Counted from the first letter of the stretch, positions 13,413 to 25,859 are shown. The stretch is DNA of 64,000 nucleotides from Cycas panzhihuaensis (GCA_023213395.1 CM041465.1:184085741-184149740), one strand, 5' to 3'. Translations and numbers: made by a program. The notes: generated from the sequence alone by a model not told the origin.

Positions 13413-15059
13413 GTTGCCAAAGCTTCCTAGTTGAATGCTTTAGGCATACATCTTTGATACTTTCTTGAACCCCTTTATGGGGCATCCTTACTTGGTATTG
13501 CATTCGCATTCTAGCCTCCTAGTTTGAATAGGACCCTTCATTCTCATTTAGGGTTCTTACCTTTTTTTTTTTTTTTGCTTTTATGACTAGCTTTACATTC
13601 CCATTTCTATAAAGGTTCTATCACATCTTACCCAGCTTAGGATATTAAGGAGGTGATAAGGCCTCCATTCTAAAGACCTTTTGTTTGAGCATTATGAAGA
13701 CTAAGAATCCTAGGAAGGTTATATACCCCATGAGGGCTATCCAGGTCATGAGTGTTATGAGACTCATGTTTATCCTCTAGAAGGTTCTATTGATCTATTT
13801 GAGGTCCCTATAAATTAAGATTATTTTGAATACCCTCAGATACACTTAGGGGATCCTTCATTGGTAGCCCCTTCTTCTAACCATTATGAGGTACATGTGG
13901 ATCATCATGATCCCCATTCCTTTTTATAGCCCTTGCTCATTATGGTCTTCTCTCCTACTTACATTCTAGAGTATTAAGATCCATTTCACCAAGGTACTCA
14001 TAATATATCATTACCTACTCATCTACTCCTTGATTAACATTAAGAGCAATATGAGCCTTCTCTTCAAGAATACCAACCACTACCTATCAACCATCTATGT
14101 CTATATAATGATCCTCCCCCACATCATTCTTCTTATCCCCCTACCCTAAAGGCACCTCTTATGCTTCCTAATGAGGTAGGAGATATTGGGTCAATTTATT
14201 CTCAAGCCCAAGGAAAAATTAATGTCATACAAGGAGAAACCTAAGTTCTTCCTATGCCCCTTGTTTCATTCATTGTCCTACTTGAGAGTACCAGTTAAGA
14301 CTAATAACTTAATTTAAGTTATGTATACTAACCTTTCATATCATATCAATTCCCCTATTTAAGACCTAACAAAGGGTTGCCTCTTAAGCATCATCATAGG
14401 TTCCCTCATACTATTTTATATGTTCCACTAATGGGTGCCATCCCTTCCCATGGCACTTCCTATCTTGACCAAGGGAACCCTTTTCCTCCATCCCATTAGA
14501 CTATGGGATACATTGCTAGACCCCCACCCTTTCAATCCTATAGAGGACCTATACCATCATCTCCCCTATTTCCAACATACTGCAACTACGTGTCTAAGGC
14601 TCATTTGATGGTCCTCACACTTACATCCTTCTTATCAATCATCACATCCCCTAGTGGTAGATGCCTCGATCAACTAGAGGGCCCACACCATCTTATGATC
14701 CTAGAACTTCTTACACTCAATAGTCGTATCCTTGACATACAATTATCCCTCTATTGTATATTTATTCATCTTAATGGTATCCCATTCCCTAAACAAGAGC
14801 AAATCCCAATCTTAATGCATGGTTCACTCATTCTCATCCTTTAACTTATTATCCTACATATTATGAGTATCCATTTTATACCCCCTCTATTACTTACCAA
14901 TAACCTCCTCTTCAACCCTTCTCTACATTGAGACCGAGGAGGCCATTCATAGATTACATAAGGATCCTATTTTTGTAAGAAGACCTCTTTCATCAATGCC
15001 TCCTTTTGTCCCTACATTGCTAAAATTCTTAAGAGAATCAACATAGGATCCTCGCTAGA

Positions 15060-15480
15060 CATGTATAAGCCTTTACACTTACATGTATTAACTCCCTTCC
15101 ATATGATTATGTCATTATAAAGTTGTTTTAAAAATCACTTCAAGGTGATGCTTTAAAGCGGTTTTATCACCTTTATCCTATGTCTATTTTTATATTCTAG
15201 TAGTTATTTGATACTTTTATCAACTACTTTAATGTTACTAAGCCATTCAAAATGGGTATAAAGTCCCTTCTTCCTATGAAACAAAGTAATTTTGAATTGT
15301 CTTGCAACTTTGTAAGATGATTCCAATATGTAGTTTATACTTTCCATTCTGACCTTGACTTAGACCTCCTATTTAATACCTTTATCAATGCTTTGAGATC
15401 CCATATCCACTTAGAGGTTCTCAAACTTGGCCCCCAAATCTATGTGAAAGTTATTGATAAGTGTCTAGCTCTCAAACCCT
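15060..15480 (+). pseudogene. gag: Gypsy gag (retrotransposon capsid) remnant
   Basis: F..SLQGDALK.FYHL.P.SI..F..LF..F, followed by MKQ...E....FVR*F, typical of the Retrotrans_gag domain. Confidence 0.7.
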
Positions 15481-16171
15481 TTAAGATTCAAATCAGGAAG
15501 ATTAGCAAGACTATTCTAGCAAAGAACTCCTCCAAAGGGCCCTTGAGCACACCATTAACACCAAGTTACATGTTGAAAACTCTCCTACACCTAATCTAAA
15601 ACAAGAAACTATAATTATCTATTACACCAAGGGGAAGAAATGATAAAAGCCTTCTGCTTCCCCACTAAAGTGGATTCCTTGGTATTCTTGGCACCAAATT
15701 GATACCCATGATCGAGATGAGTGCCATGTGGTGCAAGCAATAAGTCATAAAGTTGAAAGCAACAATAATCCTACTTCTAAACCTAATCAAGATCACTTAA
15801 TTCATAAAGACCCCTTATCTTACTATAATCAAGAGCATACTAAAGATAAAAGCAAAGGAAAGGCTAAATAAGAAGACATAACTGATAATGAGAGCTCAGG
15901 TTTAGAACCTAGTAAGAAACATACCACCTCACCTAAGGGTGGTGGAAAAAAGGCTAATAATCAAAATCAACCACCTCCAAGGGTGGCAAAACTAAAAGAA
16001 TAATTAACATAGTGGAGGTAATAAGGAACCCAATTTTGTTTAAATCTCCTAAAGATTCATATATTAAAACTCCAAAATCCTTGCCCCTCATGCCTCATAC
16101 ACCTATTCATTTTAGATCCATCCCCTCCACTACAAAAGATGGATCCTTATATTTATTCAATGAGTTAAAGT

Positions 16172-16652
16172 TGTTGGGTGTAATGTCATCACTCCACTCC
16201 CTCTTACCTACCAGGATTGTGCACCTCAATTTAGACATGTGATGCTCAACATGTCAAGGTAAGTTAAGGTAAGTTGAGTTAGTTTCATTTGAGTTAAGTT
16301 AGTATTATTTTATTATTAATTTGAATTGTGGGTTGAGGAGTTTCCTCCTCCCCAAACTATAAATGTTAAGGGTGTACAAACCCCGTGTCTTTAGACACCA
16401 CCCACCGCTGAGGAAGATTTGTAATACTCATTCTACTACAATGGATTGAACAACAAGGCTCTCATGTGTTTATGCTATTGTAATGGTGATACACTGTTGT
16501 ATTAATGCAATACTAGTTTATGCTTATTTGATATATGTTCTAACCTCTTAGTTTGCAAGCATATTTTCCTTCATTTGGTATCAGAACATTGTGGCTCCAT
16601 ATTTTTCCATCATTTGGTATCAGAGCACTTTGGCTCCATATTTTTTCCATCA
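16172..16652 (+). repeat. 5' LTR (481 bp)
   Basis: Direct repeat of 20416-20891, with about 11 substitutions and 3 small indels by manual comparison (~97% identity). TATA ctataaat near 16357. Confidence 0.95.
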
Positions 16653-16666
16653 TTTGGTATCGGGAG
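16560..16666 (+). repeat. Tandem 39-40-bp 'LTR end + PBS' repeat (3 copies, the last partial)
   Basis: Unit catatt(t)ttccatca-tt-TGGTATCAGAGC-actttggctc. PBS copies start at 16576, 16615 and 16655. The array recurs in the 3' LTR at 20799-20891. Confidence 0.95.
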
Positions 16667-19600
16667 TGCGATTCTTGAAGTTTTGAAGAAGACCAACAAG
16701 ATCTACTGGCACTCAACAACAATTTTTTTTATAAGCAATATATATTAAATAGATTTATTTTCTGAAATTTTTAGCAAGTTCTATATATTATTTCAGCAGA
16801 TCTTGATTATTATTGAGCTATATTTCTGGTTCAACAAATATTACTGAGATCTATTTTCAGATTTGTGCAGATCTACAAAGGATTTTTCAGCAGCAAGTGA
16901 TATACATCCAAGTTTATTCTTATATTTGAGTTATTTTCTGCTCGATCTTGATTTATCATATATTTTGACAGTTTACAAGTTTTTTTATCTACTTATTTGA
17001 TATTTTTTTACAGATTTACAAAAGAGCATCAATTCCATATAAAAGTTATCAAGTTTTTTTCAGAGATCTACAATTTATTACTTTAGATCTGCTATTTTTT
17101 ACTATAAATCTGCTTATTTCAACAAGTTTTCAATATTTTCTGTTATATTTGTTCATATCTCATGATATTTTTGCTATAGATCTACTATACTAAGGCGGAT
17201 CTACAACATTTACATAATATTTTTGCGGATCTCCGGGTCTCACTCGGATCCGAGATTTTTCATATTTTCTACAAGTTTTTCAATGATTTATTATATTTTT
17301 CAATAGATTCACTCATTATTGGGTTATTTCTTATGGTATAACAAGTATATTCAAGTGTTATTTCACAAGATTTGTGCATTCATAAAAGCTTTTTCTAGCT
17401 ACAAGCTATATTTCAATCTACAAAGATAGCAATTGCATATCTCAACTTTTGAGGCATTTTCACCATTCAAGAAGTATATGCAGCAGATGATCAGATATCG
17501 AAGCTTTTCAAGTCGACTTTTCTGCTTTACCATTCAAATGCGTGTTCCGTGTTCTTCATTGCTTTCGCTTTTAAACAATATTTTTATAATATTCACGCAA
17601 TATATATATTCGAAAAGATCTCGGATACAAGTGTATATATTTCATTTATTTATTATACCTCAAAATAATTAAAAATCTTCCGGTTTCACTTGACTCTATT
17701 GATTTACCGCCTTTCATTGAGTTTGTTGCGGATTTTTTAAATATAGCTTAACAATCCACAAACCCTAAATCTTGACTTCAAAATAATCAAGCAATCCTCT
17801 GTTATTTATATAGAAGAAAATTCTTTGAATCATTTTGTATATACAAAATATTTGCTTGGTCGGGTTATTGGCTTCTCCTTTTCTTGGGCTATCTTACCCT
17901 CGCAGATTTCTTCTTATCTATCACGAAACTACAATGTTGCTTCCTTGAAACGCGTCAATCTAGCACTAGCTTTGTTTTGTTTGCAATTGTAATATTGAAA
18001 GCAAGCAACTCCTTGTCTCTCTACATGTAATTTTCTTTTCTTACAAAGATCATCCAGATCATCGCTTGACATTAATTCATTCCTAATTTACCATTTCTTC
18101 TTTGTTTGATTCTACCTCCCTTTGTTACTTTGCATGTTCGATTTGCATTTATGAGCTTTGCACCAAATCCTTTTTATAAAAGGTCGTTGATCTCCGTTAC
18201 TACTGCTTGCTCACCAAAAGTCTCCTCGACAAAACATTCCATTAAATCTCTGCAGTGAGCTTCACCTCAAGCCGGTGCTGATCTATCTGCAAATTTTTTT
18301 CAAAGAGTCACACCTTCAGTTCGTAAGGCCCCGCTGCTTTTTGATTCGGTATATATATATTAATATATTTTGACTCAATTTTTATATGCATATAGAGCCG
18401 ACTTTATAGTGCCGTAAGTAATTATACGATTATATATTAAGTGCATGATTTGATTTTATAGGGCCGACTGCAATTACGATCATTTACGTGTACAACGGTG
18501 GCAACCATTTTTTCATTTCCTTTTTATATATACATTTTAGCCTAAGTTTAAAAAAAATTAAATTTAATTGAATAAACTTTTAAATCTGATTTTAAGGGTT
18601 TAATCTTTCAGCCCCCGGTTCCATTTCACTGTCAGGTGACTGCTTGCCATTTCCAAAAAGGTTTTTAAACGTTTTCCTTTTATTTTTTTTCAAATTTTAT
18701 TTTATATAGAGTTATTGGCGCTTTTGTGGCCATAACTTTTCGTTGGCTCACCGGTCTCAGACGAAACCTACGCCAAAAGATCAGAAATTTTTCGTAGATC
18801 GATTTCGACTGGTCATAAGACCAATTTGGTGCCCATTTGACCTTGTTTCGACCTTTTTAACATTGGACTTTCGAAATTTCAGCGTTTTTTGCATTTTTAA
18901 CAAAATCAGTTTTGAACTGGCTGTCATTTATTTCTGGTAAACTATTTTGTGTCCGAATTTTTTCTATAGTGATCTACGTCATATAGACTTTAATACCCAT
19001 TTTTTATTTCAATTCTTTGAGTTCATTTTCACTAATATTTTAATCGCTAAAATAAGAAATTTAGTTGATTTTGCCTGTTTCTTGAACATTCTCCATAAAG
19101 ACACTTGTCACATTTTTCACTATAACTTTTGCAATTTTATCGATTTTATTTCGCCACTTCGTTGGGAAGCTGACTTATTTCTCTTCATTGTGATATATTT
19201 TTCCATATATTTTGACACATTTTTCTTATATTTCAAATCAGCTAAAGTTGAGGTATTCTATTGGCCTAAATCTGCTGTTTTGTTACACGTTTTTAATATA
19301 TTTTTCAAAATTTTCAAATTGAAAGAATATTGATTACTTCATATATAATATTTGATCATTTTTTCAATTTTTCCTAAGGTTAATTAGTATTTTTATGCAA
19401 TTTTTGCCTACCTTGCTCCTGTTAGGCTCCATAAGGAGGTCCTTTCCTTTGCCTCATTCAAAACGTGATTTATTGGTATCCATTTTCAAAACCGTCTATT
19501 TTATTGGATTCACATCTCAGCAATCTACATATTGATAAAATTTTAAGCTATTCTGACCTCATTCAATATAGTTTTCAATCATAAAGTTGAGCATATATAT

Positions 19601-19722
19601 ACATCCTAATGCTTGTCTTCTTTCAAAATTTTTAAAGAAAATTCTAGTTTATATCTCATTGTTTATTCAAGATTTCTACTTGATCTTATCATCATTTTCT
19701 TATTGATTAAATTACTTTCAAA

Positions 19723-20037
19723 ATGGCACAATTCCCCATTTTCAATGGCCATAACTATTCACTATGGTATGATACTATGCACATTTACTTTATTGAACGT
19801 GATCTTTTAAAGTATTTACAACATGAATGTGACCTTAGCATTAAAGAAAACTTTAGAAAAGATAATGAAGTATTAGGTTTATTATTTTGCACTATGAATG
19901 ATGATGTATTTTCACTAGTTTCTGAATTAACAACATCTAAGTCTGTTTGGGATTTATTGATTTCCATTTATGGGGGAGATATCCCCACTGTATTTGATGA
20001 AACTTTTGATGAGCATGTGAGACAATGTAACGTATAG
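19723..20037 (+). CDS. gag: Truncated Copia Gag N-terminal domain (104 aa, open)
   Basis: MAQFPIFNGHNYSLW..TM..YF...DLL...KDNEVLGLLF......VF..V....TSKSVWDLL...YGG matches the P.F.G.NY..W / AK..WD.L pattern of Copia gag N-termini. It stops before any zinc knuckle. Confidence 0.75.
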   Translation: MAQFPIFNGHNYSLWYDTMHIYFIERDLLKYLQHECDLSIKENFRKDNEVLGLLFCTMNDDVFSLVSELTTSKSVWDLLISIYGGDIPTVFDETFDEHVRQCNV

Positions 20038-20415
20038 ATCATGACGACAACAACCATGCGGATTCGGATCAAATGGGACCACCTTGTTGCAAGGATTTGA
20101 TCCTCCATTTGAGGGGGAGCATCATGAAGACGAATCTTATGACATAACGAAAAATGAACTTGGTGATATGACAACTGTTCAAAGCATAAAGAGTACAAAA
20201 GTTCAAGTCCAAATTACAGATATTCATCTACTTTTGCATCAAGTTTCATCTACCTATAGTCTTCCTACATCATTCTATAACAAAGAGATATATGTGACTA
20301 TAAGGGTGAGAAGCATTGACAAAGATCAAGATTGGAATTTCAAAGCTTTTTCAAGTACCGGTTCCACAAGTTCAAGGAAAGATACAAGTGTTCGTGGCCG
20401 ACATTAAGGGGAGAA

Positions 20416-20891
20416 TGTTGGGTGTAATGTCATCACTCCACCCTCTTACCTACCGTGATTGTGCACCTCAATTTAGACATGTGATGCTCAACATGTCAAG
20501 GTGTTAAGGTAAGTTGAGTTAGTTTCATTTGAGTTAAGTTAGTATTATTTTATTATTAATTTGAATTGGGGTTGAGGAGTTTCCTCCTCCCCAAACTATA
20601 AATGTTAAGGGTGTACAACCCTGGTGTCTTTAGACACCACCTACTGTTGAGGAAGATTTGTAATACTCATTCTACTACAATGGATTGAACAACAAGGCTC
20701 TCATGTGTTTATGCTATTGTAATGGTGATACACTGCTGTATTAATGCAATACTAGTTTATGCTTATTTGATATATGTTCTAACATGTTAGTTTGCAAGCA
20801 TATTTTCCTTCATTTGGTATCAGAACATTGTGGCTCCATATTTTTCCATCATTTGGTATCAGAGCACTTTGGCTCCATATTTTTTCCATCA
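20416..20891 (+). repeat. 3' LTR (476 bp)
   Basis: Begins TGTTGGGTG after the PPT and ends CCATCA before the TSD. Confidence 0.95.
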
Positions 20892-22599
20892 AAAGTCTGC
20901 CCCTATTGGGATCTCATTAATGGACTTATTGAGGAGTTACATAGAGCAATACCAACTCTTGCTTAATAACTTGGGGGTCTCTACTCCCAATTCTTAAATG
21001 AGCCTTACCCTTTCCTTTGATCCTTGTATCTTGTTTAATAAGAAGAAGAGGAATCCTAAAGATATTCGCCCTTTCTATATTAAAATCTATAAAGATGAAA
21101 TTAATATTTGATGTGTCATTGTCAATTAATGGTCATTAATAAACATGATATCCCTCTATCTCATAAAGGATTTAGAGATTGCTACTTATGAAGCTTACAA
21201 GTGGACTTCCTAAGGATATGACAAGAATATAAAATTATCATTAGGGCAAGTCACTCTCACATTCATCTTAGAAGAGAAAATAGTTATGATTAACCTTTCT
21301 ATTATAAACCTTGACCTAAAATACAATATTCTACTAAGAAAGTCCTAGATTAACTAGATGTCTGTAATTTATTCTTTGCTCTTTAGTGAGCTCAAGATCA
21401 TTAAACATAAGAATAAACCCATCGAGCAATCTGTTCCACTCATAGAAATGAGCATAGAAAAAGGAAACTCTTCTAACTCTTCTGAGTACATCTTATATTT
21501 CTTGGGTTTTGGGCAATATTTTACCATAGAGTCCCTTTTAACACCCATGTAGAAAGTTAAGAGTGCCCATATGATCAACATTATTCCCTCATAGAAAATC
21601 TCTTCTTCAAGTTATTTTCATATGGTTACACACTTTTACATCTTTAATAGAGACTTAGCCCCTTTTCCCTAGGGATGCCCAATGACGAATTCTACTCAAA
21701 TGGTACAAGACTTGACCCACCATGCCTCCTCTTCTTCACATCATATTATTGATGATGACATCTTGATTCAAGATAGTCTCCTTTTATCCCAAGAAGCTAC
21801 CTTATTAAGAAGATCCTCTCATGAGTCAAATCTCAAGTTCATCCTTTGCTTATCTTATCACTCCCTAGTCACTATTACACATGTGCCATATCCTTCTCAA
21901 TAAGTAAATTCTTCTTGGGCCACAACTTTCTCTTTTAATGAGGTATCTTATTGTGAATCTCCTCTCTATATAGCTTAGTTCAATTAACATAGCAAGAAAC
22001 TCCTTATATATCAGCATCCATAACTTTTACCTCTAGAAGAGGAGATATCCTCTTTAGATAGTGCTACCAGATCAAATCTAACATAGGGAAGGAAAATTAG
22101 GGAAATTAACATAATCATTACTATCTCCCATCAATCAAGGTAGTTGTTCAAAATGACATCGTGCCTTCCCTCATACACATATCTCCTCCTCCAAACCTCT
22201 CTCTAGTCAATGAGTCCAACTTTTATTAGATTATTCAATAAAACTGGAAGTTTCCTAATCAAGTTGATCTCCTATCTCATACCCTAATGATCATAGATAT
22301 ATTTCTAATCCAAATCCATATCATCCTTTCAAAAACAACTACCCTATTTTTTTTTGTATCATCCCTCTTAATCTAAAGATTCTATTCTTAGAGGCATTCT
22401 TTATCTTGATCATTTTATTAATGACAATGTGACTCTATAACATCTAGTAGGAGCCATACTTAACCTTCTACCTAACCATCATAAGCTTAATTTTGTTAAA
22501 TACTTACACCTTGATTCACCTTTGGCTAGTTTAGATCAATCCTTATAAGACTCTTTATCTTTTATGAGTCATATCCCTCCTTATTTCAAGGAAGGGAAT

Positions 22600-25315
22600 G
22601 CCATGCTTATTGGTGAGAAAGTAGACATAGACTTAGAAATTAATGACACACCAAGAATCATCAAGGTTGGAGTAGGTTGCTTACCAAAAAAAGTTAAGAA
22701 ACTTAAGGAACCTTTTTAAGAGTTTGTATTGCTTTTCACTTAGGACTATAATGACATGCGAGGTCTCTACCTTGATGTTAGGGTTTGTAATATCACTGCA
22801 ATCTTGAGAGCTAATCCTAAGAGGCAAAAGCAAAGACATATCTATCGTCACTTATTCATAGCCATTAAACAACAATTTAACAAACTGTTTAAAGTAGGTC
22901 TTATCAAAAGCATTAACTACTCACAATGGGTATCTAATATTGTTCTCATTGACAAGAAAAATGGATTGAATTGAATATGTATTGACTTCTATAACATTAA
23001 TGATGTTTCTCTAAAGGATAGTTTACCCCTCCCATTCATTGAATAGATTTGGGATCAAATAACCATTTTCGAGGTCATGTCCCTCATGGATAACTTCTCA
23101 GGATATAACCAAATCTTTATCTCACCTAAGGATTATTATAAAATAACTTTTATAACCCATTGGGGAATATTTATATATAAGGTCATGCTATTTGGCCTAA
23201 AAAATTCTTGAGCCACCTACGAATGGATAATGGTCTTGTGATCAGATTAGAGAAATAATAATTATCTATTTAGGTAACATGCTTGCCCTATCTCCTTATA
23301 GGGAAGATCACTTTCAAGACTTAAGAATAATCTTCAAGCGATGCAATAAGCATTGTCTATGCCTCAATCTGAGTAAATGTGTCTTTACCATCACTTCTAG
23401 TAAAATGCTAGGAAATATATTTTCTCATGATAGTATCAGAGTTGACCCAAAAATGGTAAGAGTTATCATTAAAAATCCACCTCTAAAAAGTCAAAAGCAA
23501 GTAAAATCTTTTCTTAGCAAGTTAGGTTTCCTATGAAGGTTCATTATAGATTTTGCATTAAATGTTAAACCTCTTACTAATCTTCTCAAGAAAGCCCTAG
23601 TTTCAACTCTTGTTCTCAATCCACCCCACTTTGTTAAGTCTTTTATCTTATATACATCTTCTACTAAAGAGTCCCTTAGGGCATGCTTGCCTAAGAGGAT
23701 GAGTTTAATAGGGAGTGAGTCATCTATTTTATAAGTAGAACCCAAGTTCCCATCAAGCTTAATTAGTCAACTTTAGAGAAAGAATACATATCCTTGGTCT
23801 TTGTGACTAACAAGTTATATTATTATCTCCTTGGGAATAGTACCTTCATAATTACCTAATCTAACCCTATTTACTTCTTACTCATTAAGAGTGATTTTAC
23901 GAGGTGGATTGGCAGGTGGTGACTCCTCTTATCAATAGTAAATCTAAAAAGGGCATAATAATCATTGAAATGATGGCTGAGGCACCATTACCTAACTCTA
24001 CTAATTTGATTATTGATGATAGACTCCCCGATGAGGAGATCTTTCAAGCAGAGGTCATGCCTCTAAGAGACTAATGGTATAAAGATATCAAAGCTTACCT
24101 TAATATTCAAACCTTTTCTCCTAGCCTATTCTCTAAAAACAAAAAACAAATTAGAGAAATAATCCACCAATATCTACTCCTTGAAGATGTCCTTTACAAA
24201 CACTCCTTTGATAGAGTTCTCTTAATATGTCTTTCATCTTTTAACGCTCAAGCCATCCTAATTAAGTGCCATAATGGCATTTGTTGAGGCCACTTCAGTG
24301 GTCAATCTATAACTTAATGTATCCTTTGAATGAGATATTAATAGCTAATACTCTTCAAGGATGCTCATGCATACATTCAAAAATATGAAAAGTGTTAGGC
24401 ACATTGCATACTAATACACCAACCATCGAGCCTCTCAAGTCCATTATATCTCTATGGCCCTTTTCCTAATAAGGGATTGACCTCATAAGCCAATTGACCC
24501 CCTATCATCAAGTGTTAATAAATTTATTTTGATTGCTATAGAGTAGTTACCAAGTAGAGTGAAGCCATACTGTTAGTTACCATAACTAGGGAAATAATTA
24601 CAACATTTATTTTCTAACATATCATTTGTAGATTCAGAGTTCCTAATGTCATCATCATAGATAATAAAATTCCCTTTTATAACTTATAGGTGGACAAATT
24701 ATATAAGAAATTCCATGTAACTCATTACTTGTCAACACCTTACCACCCTCAAGTTAATGGCCAAGTTGAGGCCTTCAACAAAATATTAGTTAAGTTCATG
24801 GCCATGATTATGGCTTGTTCTCACTGAGACTAGTACATTCAACTCTTTCCTATGTTATGGGTTTATTGAACCTCCATTAGAAATATAATCAGAATGATAC
24901 CATTCTCTCTAGTCTATGGTGGTAAAGTCATCCTACCCCTCAAGGTAGAAATCTCATCTTTATATGTCTCTTTAAAGAAGTTCATTGACAAAAATGGCAA
25001 AGTAAAGTATAATTACTAAAATTAGAGAAAACAGATAAAACATGCTTGACTATCCTTTTGAATAATCTAGCCTCCAAAACTAGGGCTCAAGTAGGCCATT
25101 ATAAGTAGTTAAGGCCTCAAAATTTCTATATTGGTGATAAGATGCTTAAGCTCAAATACCTTCATGATAAACAATGCAAATTTTTCTCCAAGTGGACAAG
25201 GCCCTACCTAGTCATCAAAGATCCTAAGAATGGGATATTTCATATTTCTACCCTTGATGGCCTTGAATTCTAAAAGCCTATTAATTCATAATTCTTATAA
25301 AAGTTCTATGCTTGA
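22600..25315 (+). pseudogene. pol: Gypsy pol remnant: RT, RNase H, integrase
   Basis: ORFs 22756-22974 and 23279-23536 are RT pieces (LCLNLSKCVF...KMLG..., QVKSFL.KL.F). LPDEEIF and *WYKDIKAYL lead directly into the integrase. Confidence 0.88.
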
Positions 25316-25859
25316 AAGGGGAGCATACATACCCTTTGCAATGAGGATAAAACTACGACTCCAAAAGCCTTAGCTTCTAATGAGCCTCAACTATAGTTGG
25401 TCAATTTATTTCTTCCTTCCTAAGACATCGCTCCAAAATAAGTATAAACCTACCTTTAGCCACTTTATCTCCTTATGGAGCCTTATGTCCTCTTGTATGT
25501 GTATATAACTCTATGACCATGTGAGACTACTACCAAGTAATAGGGCATGGGTATTATTTATTGGGCATGCATGTATACATCTTAATCAACTTAACTAAAG
25601 TAGTTTTGTCTTGTTCATGATTCTTATCTCTTATTCCTCCCTCATAAGTTTTGTACTTCTTCCATGTTATTTAGGGTAATTCTTTCTAATAGACCCTAGT
25701 CATTCAGGGTTTATTTAATAAGCTTAAATAAGCCTTAGTTTCTACCACTAAACTTACTCCACTAATCTTTAACATGCCTTTTATTTTGTATACTTCTTCT
25801 ATTAAGGAATACCTTGGGGGTATATTAGCCCAAGAAGATAAATTTAGTTGTAAGCTAGT

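Larger units (their letters stand above)
16172..20891 (+). mobile_element. Young non-autonomous Copia-derived LTR retrotransposon (TR-GAG/LARD-like), 4720 bp
   Basis: TG...CA termini, perfect TSD AAAGT (16167-16171 and 20892-20896) and two near-identical LTRs. PBS-like site at 16655, PPT aaggggagaa at 20406-20415. Only a partial gag; no pol motifs seen. Confidence 0.95.
10700..25830 (+). mobile_element. Degenerate Ty3/Gypsy non-chromovirus (Ogre/Tat-like) element, interrupted by the 16172-20891 insertion
   Basis: Long 5' LTR-like region (~10700-13383) and Arg-type PBS at 13395-13412. Then Pro/His-rich coding-like DNA, gag (SLQGDALK.FYHL ~15135), protease (~21060-21400), RT (WVSNIVLIDKKNG, MD.FSGYNQI, YKVMLFGLKN), RNase H and integrase (GHFSG, WPF, STPYHPQ.NGQVEAFNK). 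Many stops; termini approximate. Confidence 0.8.

Noticed and set aside
16615-16626. tRNA-Met gene
   Set aside because: Only 12 nt complementary to the tRNA 3' end and no cloverleaf; this is a PBS.
16560-16666. CRISPR-like appearance of the short regular repeats
   Set aside because: The spacers are near-identical and only ~10 nt, the unit is LTR end plus PBS, there are no cas genes, and the context is eukaryotic.
18743-19333. Hydrophobic Phe-rich ORFs as an env-like or membrane protein
   Set aside because: Non-ATG starts in T-rich DNA, located upstream of gag; composition explains them.
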